Source: Marsupella aquatica (lineage: Eukaryota > Plantae > Marchantiophyta). Taken from it: a DNA stretch of 64,000 nucleotides. A program made the position numbers and the translations under genes. The notes under the pieces are model-generated. The model had not been told where the DNA came from. It saw nothing but the letters and a program-made list of their open reading frames with translations, and made no database searches. Below are positions 12,901 to 24,326 of this stretch, piece after piece (position 1 is the first letter of the stretch; the number at the start of each line of letters is the position of its first letter). The DNA lies in the NCBI GenBank assembly GCA_973895155.1, contig OZ316896.1:5756166-5820165 (forward strand), written 5' to 3'.

Positions 12901-15900
12901 ATATGTTCAGGAACTGATTGTGTAAACAGAACCCTCCAGGTCTTCTGCTGAACGATTCAGCTTAACGTCTCAAGAGAGAAGGCACAAGGACTATTCGAGT
13001 ACAGTACTTGTCTAGTGGACGATTTATTGGTCCAGCAGTCCCCCAATCTGGATCCAAAGCTAGTATGACCAGACTCTGTGGTTTAGTCCTCGAGTAATGA
13101 AATGGGTTCAATAGACAGCTGGAAAGAATGCTGAATGATTGAATCCTCAATGCCTTCAATTGTGGTAGCTATGGATTTACATTAATTGAGGAGGCAGGAA
13201 ACACACCCTGCACACTGCAGATCAGCTTTTGGAAAGCCAGCAACTGTAACTAGTTTCTCCAAGGAAAGACCAAAATGAGATATCACGGCGGTGTTCTTCC
13301 ATTAGTAGTCTTATTGAAAACAAAGCAAAAATCTGTCAGGAAGAAGCGGGCTGAGGTTTCACACCGCTAAAGTTCGAGTTGCACCTTATTCTTGGAGATA
13401 TGTATCTAGAAATCCAATTTCTATACATACAAAGAATTCTCAAATCAGTTAATATCCTGATCAGTTCCAGCAATAATCCTATCAGACGGGTCAATCTGAA
13501 ATCATTGGTCCCTGCCATTGAAACTCACGGTTCCTGTCAATTTCATGATTTATAACATAGTAATGCTGTGATAGATACTACTAGATTTTTGTTCATCAAG
13601 TGCCCCGGTTGAAGTACCTCTATGCAAAAAGTTCTAGTCGACTCTAGATCACCAGCTCATCAATTTGCTCGACGTCTTGTAAAGTCATCCTAATCCAATA
13701 GCTCATGTAGGCACCACATAACTTGAAAAGTTGGAGACATCCTCCGTTCTGCAGATTGGCATTCTGCAAAAAGATTATCCTCCAGAATCCAGTCGAAAAT
13801 CGTGTCGGTCAATGGTGTGATAGCCCTTTTCAACACTGGCTTATGCACCCTTTACTACTCTCTATAGGAGCGCAGATTATTTACCTTTAAATCATCAAGC
13901 CGCACAGTTGTCAGACGGTGCGGACTTTCGGTCGACGAACCAAGTTTTGAGGGCAAGCTGAAATCACACGTGGGACTAACGAATCACACAAACAGAAAGG
14001 CAATAGCCATCTTTTACCGGTTTCTTTATAATCATTTTCGTCTTCTTTGCCGCCTCCGGAGACAGCAACCTTTTGACATTTCTGGATTGCGTTCCAAAAT
14101 CCGGGATATGATTCCAATTTGTGGGGCCATAAATCCGCAGAACCTTCTTGAGTTTCTGCAGCGCAGACAAACATTGAGAATGATACCTAATCAGCGCTAA
14201 GGAAACTGCGAAATTTAACGTGACGTCAGTGACCCCTACATTTCCTAAAGTGACCAACTCCTCATAAAAGACTACTAAAGCACAGTCACATCGTTCACAT
14301 CCTTGTATATTAGTTTCTTGTGGTCCGTCATCGGTAAAGTAGCTTTTTGTAAGTTTGTCTTGAATGGAAAGTCACTTCAATTAAATTTAATAGCAGCAAC
14401 GAAGGACGGGTGGAGTTGCAGCACAGCAGTAATAATCTCACACGAGTCAGCCATCGATTACACGGGAGTATCCAGTATGGGACATAGAGACTTGCTGGCT
14501 GCGACCGTGCTGCACTTGCTCGGACTCAGTCAGCGATTGCTCTACTGTATGATTCTAAGACCAGAATGATAATCACCGCAACGTCTTTCTGCATTAAGAA
14601 TTATTTTGTCACACAATCACATGACAGCATCGTGACCTAGCTCGAGCATGAGATGCACGAGATATACAATGTAGGACATCCCTTCATATCAAGATAAACT
14701 TAATTATTTTATTTAAATCAATGAGTGCACACTATATATATCACCATATTTTGATATGTGATTACCAGTAGGGTTTCACTCATGTACATGGCCATATTTT
14801 TGTGAGTATCACAATTTGTCACTTTATGGATTAATGAAAACATTAAATCCGTTTTTTTCTCACCCGCTGAGACTTAACCTTAAGGATTAGGATTGTCACA
14901 TCTAAAAATGATTTACATTGCCATGGGTTGGTTCCTGCTGGACTTCTCTCTCACTGGTGTTACTGACCAGTTTGCATTTATAGGGTGTTACTGACCAGTT
15001 TGCATTTATGGGGTCCAGTGTGCTCCCCTAGTGTGTCTCGGGTGATGCACTTGTTTCTGCTACGCTGTTGTTTACCTTGGACCTGTGGACTTTTGGTGGG
15101 ACCCTTTCCATGGTTGAGGTTTTTCCTTGTTCCTTGTTGATCTCTCTTTGTTTCAACTCCCTTTGTGGCTCTTTTGCCTTTTGGCCTGTGGGGTCCCCCC
15201 ATCCGTGGGGTTCACGCCGAATAAATGAATTTAAACAAAACCAAAAAAAAGGTCTATTTTGATGCTCTGCCAATCCATTCAAGCTTTGCAAATCCATCCC
15301 ACCTTCACAGTAAACCCCGAGCCAGGACCATCCCCGCTTTACTTTCAATACCCAAGCGTTGAAATCCATCTCAGCTTCGTAGTACACCCTTGGATCCATC
15401 CCAGCTTCACACTAAGTCCCTGTAATTGCACATAAAAAATTTACGATCAAATATGTATTTAGAATACAATCAGGGACTTAATCAAAATAGTCAGGTTTAT
15501 TATCATATGGAATCCTATAATACTGTATATTATCCCATTTGGATGTGTAATTACCTGACTTTTCACATTTATACCCCAGGGTACATCCTTGCTTTACTGC
15601 CAATAGTTCCTGTTGACCTCGATCAAGAAAAGTTCCAGCCGGACCAGCCTGGTGTCCTGAATGCTCTCACGCCTTGAGGGTAGGTACTGCTCCTACTTTT
15701 GGGGGATTGGGCTTTAGGGCAATGGCATCCCCATTTATGGCGTGAGTAAAGCCTACGCTAGTTCTGGTAGGGCGACCTTTCCCGTATAGCCTTGCTGTAC
15801 TCAGGGCCTCGGGGACTGGGACCTATACAGTACAGTATCTCACGGTATTTTGGAGTACTGTACTGTTGTCCGTATCTGACCAAAGTGCTCACCGTATTTG

Positions 15901-16080
15901 TTTAGTTTCTTTCTTTGGTGCAAGGATTCCGGACTCTTTCCACCTGTAGTTGATTCTTTTTCTTTTGCCCTCTTGACTGAATGTATTATGCATCCTCGTG
16001 TTTTTTCGTCCTTGAACATTTTCATCAGCAAAGTGTTTCTTTCAAGAAAAAAAAGGTGTCCATTGTAGGATATCATCGTG

Positions 16081-16890
16081 TGTTAGATATTGCTCTAGTC
16101 TTGTGACTCATGAGTTAACCATAGTTAATCTAACTTGGGTTAGGACTTAGCTAATGTTAGCGGTAGTGTTGTTGTGCATATAGCCAGGGCTGATGCCAGA
16201 CCCTGGTGAAACTTAGGCTCATTGTTACGGAGCTAGTTGAAAGATAGGGAGAGCTTGTGCCTTGGATGCTTGGTATGGCCTATCAGCCTAGAGTGCAATA
16301 AAGCTCTTGTGTGTTCCCGTGGACATAACCTCATGTGGAGGTGAACCCGTATCTCTCTGTGTCGACTCTTGTGTATTGGATGGTTCATGGGCTTGCCGTT
16401 ACGAATGTCGTCTATGCTCAACAAGTGGTGTCAGAGCATACCTGGGAGGTGACAAGGTTTTTTCATGACAGGTTTTTTCCAGCGTTCATTGTCGGTGGTA
16501 CATTCGGAGTTTCGTCGCATGAAACTTGAATGTGTGTGGCTGAGCGGATAGATTAGTGAGAGGGCTTTCTAACGGTGGTTAGAACTCGCTGATCGGTATC
16601 CATGGTGCGGAGGAATTCAAATTTATGTCGTTCAAGTTTTATTCATGTTCGACGGCTTTTCGGGGGAGAGACCAGAGTTTGCATTTTTCAACGGTGTGAG
16701 CTGTGCGGTGCAGGAGGGATCGCACATTATAGCTCAAGTTGAAGGTTGAAGCGAGCTGGTTGTTTCGGTAGCTGGATTGCTCCCAAGTTGTTACCGAGTG
16801 CGTCGTGACGAGTGAAGGAGGCGTTCAAGTTTTTTCACAAGCTATGGAGCTTGTTCACGTCTGAACCGGGTTTCTCTTTGTAGTATTGTA
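16081..16890 (+). mobile_element. Copia-type 5' LTR (16081-16423) + tRNA-iMet PBS + truncated internal leader
   Basis: TGTTAG...CAACA LTR whose 3' ~210 bp match the 29.8 and 30.5 kb LTRs, followed by AG-TGGTGTCAGAGC (16426-16437, one mismatch to the iMet PBS TGGTATCAGAGC). Right boundary approximate. Confidence 0.75.
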
Positions 16891-17787
16891 CTAAGGACAT
16901 AAATCAACATTTAATATCCAAAACTCGGTATTCGATCCCATGGAAGAACAAGAAAGGAATGATTTTCTATCGTTTAACACTTATGAATGACTAAGGTAAC
17001 AAAAACACAGGTTTGAGCCTTTTACTATGGTTGCTCAGCAAGGCATAGATTTGAATGTTTGCTTAACATTGTAAATGCAATTAATAAAATGGAAACAAAT
17101 AACAAAACACAATGAAATCTTGAGGTATGATGAGGGAGTCTGGAAAACACCAAGGTAACTTCTCATCAATACTTCATTTGATGTGATTCTGGTGGTATAT
17201 CCGTAAGAACATTTCTGGAATGGTTTACTGTACTAGGATGATTACTAAAATGCCGTCAACACGTCTCAACTTTTCCTTCCAAAGGTACTCAGAAGAAACT
17301 AGTAATCAATCACTTCGATATCCAGTCGGTACTCTGAGTCACGAATAATAAACACCATCATGATCAAATTGAAGTCACAGGTAATTGGTGAGTAACAATC
17401 TTTGCATCCGTGCACAAGCAATGTCATGCCAAAAACTATGCATCAAGAACTCAAGAAGATGGGTTGTCACCACTTAAGGAATCTATTCCCTCATACTTCT
17501 GAGATTCAACTTCATACAAGTAATTTTACTTCAATGATCTAAACTCTCAATCATTCAGACCAAGGAAGGGAGAAGAATTCCTTTTGCATTTGCAAGCAAA
17601 GGTGATTCCAGTCTGCAGCACATGCCACAGGCACTACTTTATTTCTTCACACTTGAAAATGACACAAATTCTACTTCATATAGGCTAGCAGGAACCCAAG
17701 GAGACTGAGATACTGAAAGGATATGCCCTTTCATATCTAAAGGGTCTTGAATAAACTTAATGACGGTCATCCTTGAAAAGTGAATGG

Positions 17788-18550
17788 ACACTGCTGAAAG
17801 TGTCAAAAATGCAGGGGACGCTTCTCAAAGCGTCGAGGTTTGAGCGGATGCTTTGCAAAGCGTCGGTGTTTGCGGTAAAACTAATAAATAGTGATTTTAA
17901 TCTAATTTTAACTTCTAAACTAAAAGTCGGAATGAGTTGAAACTTTTCTAGGGTACTCTACTACATATAGTCTCTATGCTGACAAAGTTTCAGACTTCTC
18001 TGAGGTCTCTAAGTGCCTCAAATAAATCGGTGAAAGTGGCACGGTGTTATAAAAGTGCGAAAACTGAAAATTTTTCTAAGTGTCGGGAGCATAGTGGACG
18101 CTTCAGAAAGCGTCCAAAACTACAAAGGACTTTTATGGACGCTTCAGAAAGCGTCGGCTGAATTTTGAGGTTTTGGTCGCAGCGTCCGTCTTCTGGTCTT
18201 CGGGTGCGACGCTTCAGTGGGCGTCGCAGTGTCGATGTCGCTGCCGGGGTAGCAGATACTTCTGTGGGCGTCGCTCCTCATGTGGATTGCAAAGCGTCGG
18301 AGTACAACTGGTTGGGTGGTGGACGCTTCAAAAAGCGTCGTGGTCTTGGGTGGACGCTTTCCAAAGCGTCCAAAAATACAAGGGACGCTTCACAAAGCGT
18401 CGGCGAAGTCGCGGCTATGCGAAAAACAGCAAAACTAAATTAATTCTAACTTTCAAACCACATGTAGGTTTGAGATGAAACTTGCAGGGATGATTCTACT
18501 ACGCAACTACTACCTCCTGAAAAAGTATGAGACTTTTCTGACCATGATAG
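17788..18550. repeat. Array of ~10 copies (some degenerate) of the 18-bp palindrome GACGCTT-N4-AAGCGTC within a larger duplicated block
   Basis: Copies near 17817, 17847, 18097, 18138, 18208, 18255, 18283, 18322, 18353, 18384. 17800-18020 resembles 18365-18550. Confidence 0.8.
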
Positions 18551-20619
18551 CTATTTAACTAAAATAGCAGAGATCGGCTGATTGTGATAATTGTATATAG
18601 AGCTCATTCTTGTTGAAAAAATGTTTTGGAGTCCGGTTCTTGAATCTTCTAGTCTGCATTGCTTCTCCAATGATGTCCAGTCTTCTTTCTTGGTAGCATG
18701 TAAAGAGCAAGGATTTATATTGGCGATCCTTGTCCAATATAGGCAATAGCCTCCGATGAAGCATAACATTAGGTAAAGTGTTCGGTTGATCTAAATTGCT
18801 ACAAAAGGTAACTAGATTGTACCTTGAGTTAGAAAAAGTTTAAAATTTATAAAATTTCCATCATTTCTAACTAATGTACAGCATTACACTCTTCGTGACG
18901 TCCAACTTGGTGGAAGAGACACGAAGTGCTACGACTCAATGGTGTGATCGCGGCGAAGCGGTCGTTTTGAGCCCAGGATTGGCACTTGACGCGGAGTGAA
19001 GGCGATGCGGCGGAAGTTTTTAGAGTGCTGGAGTTGCAGATGGCGCCGGTGTGATTCGGCAACATATCCCGTCGGTAACTAGTTGTTTTCTTGTTTAAAA
19101 CGGCGGCTGTTAAGTTGAGTAATTGGCATTTTTTCTTTAGGGTCAATTTTTGGCTTTAAGGGGGTCACTTAAATAAAATCAATTGAATTTGCACAATATT
19201 CTAAAAATTGCCAGAAAAACAAAATAATATGATTTAAATATTAAGTTTATGACCCAAAGACTGGATAAATTCAATAGATTTGGACTGAAAGCATGAAACA
19301 CTTGACTTTTTCTAGTTCAAAAGGAGGGGAAAGCGATTTCAATACAAAATGAATATTAAACAAATGAAAGGGCAGTGAGTGGAAACCTTCTGTAAATTTC
19401 TGTTTTAGTTGAAAAGGAGAAAAGAATGATTTCTATAAAGATTTGAAAAAAAAATACTCTTGCGGTTTATGACAAACCTTGGAGAGATACTGTGCCATGG
19501 GTCTGAAATTCTAGAGCCCGCCTGAAATGCAAGGAAAATAATTCATAGATTATCTAAAGGGCTGCAAGCAACCTCCCCTTTTGGCTTTTAGCAATCTACA
19601 AAGATAAATGAAAGTTTTCTCTTGCATTATGTCATAACACAATGTTGATTCCTTGCACTTCTACTGTAGTACTTGAATTCAAATGGTGTAAGCATCTCTA
19701 CCCTTTACTGGAAAACACCTCTCTTCTTGTGGCGAACTCCAATTTGACTGAATAGTATTCTCCGCTTTTAAAGAAAAATTTCCAAGCTTCTTTCTTCAAA
19801 TGGACAATTTTCACTTAGCCACAAACCCCAATAGGGAAAATCTGAGGATTGTACTTAAATTTTGGCAGAAATACTGGTAAGAAATCAATGAAAAATTAGG
19901 AAATAAATATTCTGAAACCTTGAGGAAATGAAAAACCTTACAATTCCGATGCTGGAAAACCTTGCAGCATGTTGACCAAACCAAGTAGCTGAATGCATTT
20001 TAAAAGACATGTTCAAGCCATTCCGTGCAAAGGTAAGGGACTTTAAATCAGCTTTTTGGTTTGGGTTGTCCTAATACTAGCGTGTTTACAACGGAAGGCC
20101 TATGTGTATCCAGACTCCACATGTTGCATTTACACAAGCATGGTCTAAATTATTCTGAAAATATGGTTATTAAGGGAATACTTACGTACTATCACTTTAT
20201 GAAATACAGTGCTGCCATGTAGATGAGCTCACTTGATTTGAGCATATAGTTGAGATATTTCTGTTGCCTAAAGCGTATCTCCTTTCCTTTTTTACCAATT
20301 TTCACTTATCATAAATTTATTTCTGGGTTTTTGTGCGCAGTTTCCATATCATCCTGGAAAGAATGTCACGGCAAAGTCTTGTTCCCTCGTTTCCAAGGAA
20401 TGTAAAAAACCCTAAAAAGAATATGACAGGAGAGTGTTGTTCACTCCTTTCCAAGTTTGAAAACAAAGGATGGGAGGGATTTGGCACGATCCCTAACTTG
20501 ATCCCTTTTAACTTTTCACTTCAAGAAATCATTGCCAGAATAACATTCTCCTATTTTAATTTTTTAATTTTAGAGACCATGATTCTTAAAATTATATGAC
20601 AAAACCTAGAGAGACATGG

Positions 20620-20780
20620 CTATGTGGTAACTCACTTGAGTAGTGACTCATAGAGCTGGGGTTCAAATGTTTTAACCAAATGTTCCCTATCTATGTGGTA
20701 GCTCACTCGAGTAGTGACTCATCCATGGCTACGTGATAGCTCACTTGAGTAGTAAGTGACTTATAGCTCTTGGCTTCAAA
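20620..20780. repeat. Short degenerate direct repeats (CTATGTGGTAGCTCACTTGAGTAGTGACTCAT x3)
   Basis: Three copies visible at ~20620, ~20691, ~20728. Confidence 0.6.
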
Positions 20781-21497
20781 AACGTTTCAATGACTATGTA
20801 GAACAAGTTACTGGGCTTGGTCAACCTCTTGTTGTAGTAACAAAACCCCTTAATAATAACCAAGCCAAGTAGAGAAAATGCAGAAAATCAGATGCTACCC
20901 ACTCATTGGGCGGCTCTTGGGTTTCAGGAATGGGGTACCTTTTTGGTTATTGGGTCTGTATATCAAAAAGATTATACACTATTCTAGTTGACTCCTTAGT
21001 TATTAGTTGCGGGGTTTTCAAGCTTTCTATTACTATTGTCAGATCGATGCTCATACCTGCTGTTTAGGAAAAATAATCCCATCAGGGTTGAGATTGTTTT
21101 TTAATTGGCCATGATAGATACATAGAGTGAACTAAAAAAAAAGGCTTGGTCAGACTTGGTGTTTATTCCTTACATTAACATCTCCAATCCCTTTGGACTG
21201 GAGATCTCTAACTAAGGTAAACTCAAAAATAGATGGTGTTAAACTGGGGTATTTATTCCTTCTATTAACATAACCCAACATCCTTTGGAATACTATAATA
21301 CCAAAGAGGTGCATGGACAGTACCATATTTGTGGGACAGCATTTGGAGTTTGATAGGAGTCTCAAATTTGGGATTCAATACATTGTCATTCTTGTTTGGC
21401 ATAATATATACTTTGTCACTGAAATTTTTATTTATCATAGTGCCACTATTTTTGTTTTAAGTTAATATATTTAACTTAGTTGAGCTCTTTCACATTT

Positions 21498-21708
21498 AAT
21501 GGCTGTCATTGCAACCCGGGTCTCTCTCAAAGTGACTTTGTCCACCCTTGCGCCAGCTGACTTGGGGTGGATCGATTAGTCCCATCCTCCATCCGAAGCC
21601 CGGCCTTTCCTTGCTCATAGTCTCTGCCTGTCCTACTAAGGGTGGTCAAAGTCACCTAGAGGGAGACTAGAGTCATCCAATGGTGGAACTAGGTGCAATG
21701 AGAGCCAT
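21498..21708. mobile_element. Small fold-back/MITE-like element
   Basis: ATGGCTGTCATTGCAACC / GGTGCAATGAGAGCCAT termini plus an inner inverted pair GTCTCTCTCAAAGTGACTTTGTCCACCCTT / AAGGGTGGTCAAAGTCACCTAGAGGGAGAC. No clear TSD. Confidence 0.45.
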
Positions 21709-23507
21709 GGAATAAGGAACTAATCCAAGTTAGTTTATCAATACACAAAGGAAAAGAGTGGCATCATGAAAATTAGAAGAAGAAGAAAAAAATGTGGCAA
21801 GGTATCTTTTATCATCCCAAGAAAAATGGCAAATGAGTGACAAGGTATTTATTATTATGCCGAGAAAGACGAGAAAGAAGGGAAAACTGAGTGACAAGGT
21901 ATCTATTATTATGCCAAGAAATAATAACAAGAAGTAACGGAGTCTAGTAAATCCCAGCGTCTCAAATATTTAGCTGCTACTGGCAGAAGGAGAGACAAGT
22001 ACTGTAGTGAATGAGGAGCAAGGAGGAGCAAGGAGGAGCAAAGAAAAGCGAAAAGGCTGAGGGACGTGCGCTGTTTGTTGCGGAAGAAACGAGAAATCAC
22101 CACAGCGTTTGCTCTCGTTTACAGCAATCGTTTACAGCAAAAAGTGGTGTGGTGATGTTGTTGGAGCTATTCAGAATCCCGTGAGAGAGTGAGTGCGGAC
22201 AGGACAAGCTGCAAATCCAGGCGCTCCTTCTCTCCGTCTCTATTTCCTTTTGCGGCACAGACTACTACAACAGTCTTCGCCGTGCGTGCAAGCAAGATTT
22301 TGCCCGAGTTAGGCTGTAATCCGCTATGGATCATCGATCCCTCTTTCGTCATTCGTGAATTGGGTGAGTGGCTTGATAGACAGATAGGTAGATAGATCGA
22401 TACTCACGATCGGTCTCCTAAGCTCGCAGTATGTACTTACTTGTGTTGGACCATTCGATTGCATCGACACATATAGAGAAAACTATGTAAGTCTTGTGCT
22501 CCCGCTTGTGGTTCGGTTCTTATATTGCTTTACGTCCCTCAGGGGCGGCGTCGCTTGACGCAATTGTTATGGCAGGTGGTGCCACAAGGTCTGATCGGGC
22601 GTGCTCGGATCGGAGGCATTCATCGCACTCTAGGAAGTCAGAAGTAGAGAACAGCAATGAGCATACACAGAGTTTGGAAGCCTGACGTTTCCTCCATGTC
22701 GTTGAGGAACCGATTTATGCAGAAGTTTAGGTCACGTTTGTATGTGTTCAAGTAAGCTAGGTGCCGCACGGTGTGTTGAACGGTTACGAAGAGGTATGAC
22801 AGGCCCCACCCGAGTGAAGAATGTTGGGCGTGGAGCTGTCGATCCTCAGTAATCTTGCCAACAGCCGTTCCTAAGGACGATGGTTACAAGATGAGGTACC
22901 GAGTACTATGACGTTCCCTCTTGCGTGCCTAAAAGATAATTGTAGATACGGCATCTCTTTCTCCTGAAAGCATATGACCGATAAATTCTTTTCTTTCACT
23001 TTGTCTATTTAACTACGGTGATATTATCTTCTTATGGACTTGTCATCCGAGTGTAGTGTAGAAACGTTCATGCGACAGTCTGAAGGTCTCAGCTCGCTAG
23101 ATTGGGTGTATTGAGTCTCCAGTAGAGAATGCAGTATAAGATCTCAGAATCATAGCTTTTACAGACGTACTTCTTGTTTGTTTTTGGACTAGCTTTCAGA
23201 TTGTCCACGACCGAGTGTCGCTAGCTGTAACTGAAGGAAAACTGTGCTGTCATAATTTTGGCAATAGTGTCAAAGTAGTGTCCCGGCATCAGAGCGGGAA
23301 GTAGGTCACAGGAAGATTTGGGACCGATTGAAGGCATGCTTGCCCATCTTTTCGCTCAAATTGACGGATGTTGTTCTCTTTTCATGCGGTTCCTTTCAAA
23401 GCGCAGAACTATTATTAGCGTGTGTTACAAACAATCACACCATGTACGTGGTACAGAATCTGAACTTAGCTCTAATTCATTGTCTGTGCAGAGCGTCCAG
23501 ATATGAG

Positions 23508-24326
23508 ATGGATCCGACAACAACTGGACTTGTGGATATACCAGACGAAATCCTCCAAATTTGTTTTGCAAGATTGCCAATCGAAGATGTTCCACGAGTG
23601 AAGGTAGTTTGTAAAAGATGGCGCAAGCTTGGCGATGCCCAATTGTTGCGTAGATTGAGAAGAACCCATGGATTCACGCAAAATTGTACGTTTATTCTTG
23701 ACAATAAATACGTTGGTGGGCAATACCAGGGACTACAAGGCGTGGCAATTGATTCCAAGACGTGTAAGGGGCACCATATTGCCATCCTCCATTGTCCTCA
23801 AAGGTTACAATTTGGCGCTGTAGGGAGAGATGGCCAGATTTATATATTGGGCGGACGATCACCGCTCATTTGTCGAAAATCTCCGAAGGCATGGATAGTC
23901 TATTCTAGAGTAGATGTCTACGAGCCATTGAGCGATTCTTGGTGCCAGAGGCAGCCTATGCCTGTGGCTCGCTATGGCTTTGCGAACGGAGTGATTTCAG
24001 ACGTCTCCACTGGTAACTTGAAAATCATTGTGGCAGGTGGATACAGTGCCGAAGGAGAAGCTCTCTCTTCTGCTGAAGTTTATGATTTTGAAAATGATCA
24101 GTGGGAAGCTATTTCCAGTATGAGATCCGTCTGTGGACCTTGTAAAGGAGAAATGTTCCAAGGGACGTTTCTGGTGCAACAAGCCAACGGTGGACTTGAT
24201 TCTATCGAAATTTATAATCCGACCTCGTGCCTTTGGTCAGCGTTCAACCCCGAACTCTCAGAATTTTGTCCGAAACTCAGTCCGGAGATAAATGCCACAG
24301 TGAAATCTGTAACAATGGATCTCTGA
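23508..24326 (+). CDS. F-box/kelch-repeat protein
   Basis: F-box (DIPDEILQICFARLPIEDVPRVKVVCKRW) followed by kelch repeats (IYILGG...VDVYEPLSDSWCQRQPMPVARYGF; IIVAGG...AEVYDFENDQWEAISSM). A possible alternative start is ATGAG|gt at 22891-22895 spliced in frame to the acceptor at 23492. Confidence 0.85.
   Translation: MDPTTTGLVDIPDEILQICFARLPIEDVPRVKVVCKRWRKLGDAQLLRRLRRTHGFTQNCTFILDNKYVGGQYQGLQGVAIDSKTCKGHHIAILHCPQRLQFGAVGRDGQIYILGGRSPLICRKSPKAWIVYSRVDVYEPLSDSWCQRQPMPVARYGFANGVISDVSTGNLKIIVAGGYSAEGEALSSAEVYDFENDQWEAISSMRSVCGPCKGEMFQGTFLVQQANGGLDSIEIYNPTSCLWSAFNPELSEFCPKLSPEINATVKSVTMDL

Noticed and set aside
17788-18420. CRISPR array
   Set aside because: Eukaryotic context, irregular and often very short spacers that resemble each other, variable repeat centre, and no cas genes.
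20620-20780. tRNA-derived SINE (A-box-like TAGCTCACTTGAGTAG, B-box-like GGTTCAAAT)
   Set aside because: No cloverleaf, poly-A or TSD; better described as short direct repeats.
23328-23491. N-terminal extension of the F-box ORF given by the ORF track
   Set aside because: TTG start; the region looks intronic and ends in a good branch point/acceptor at 23491.
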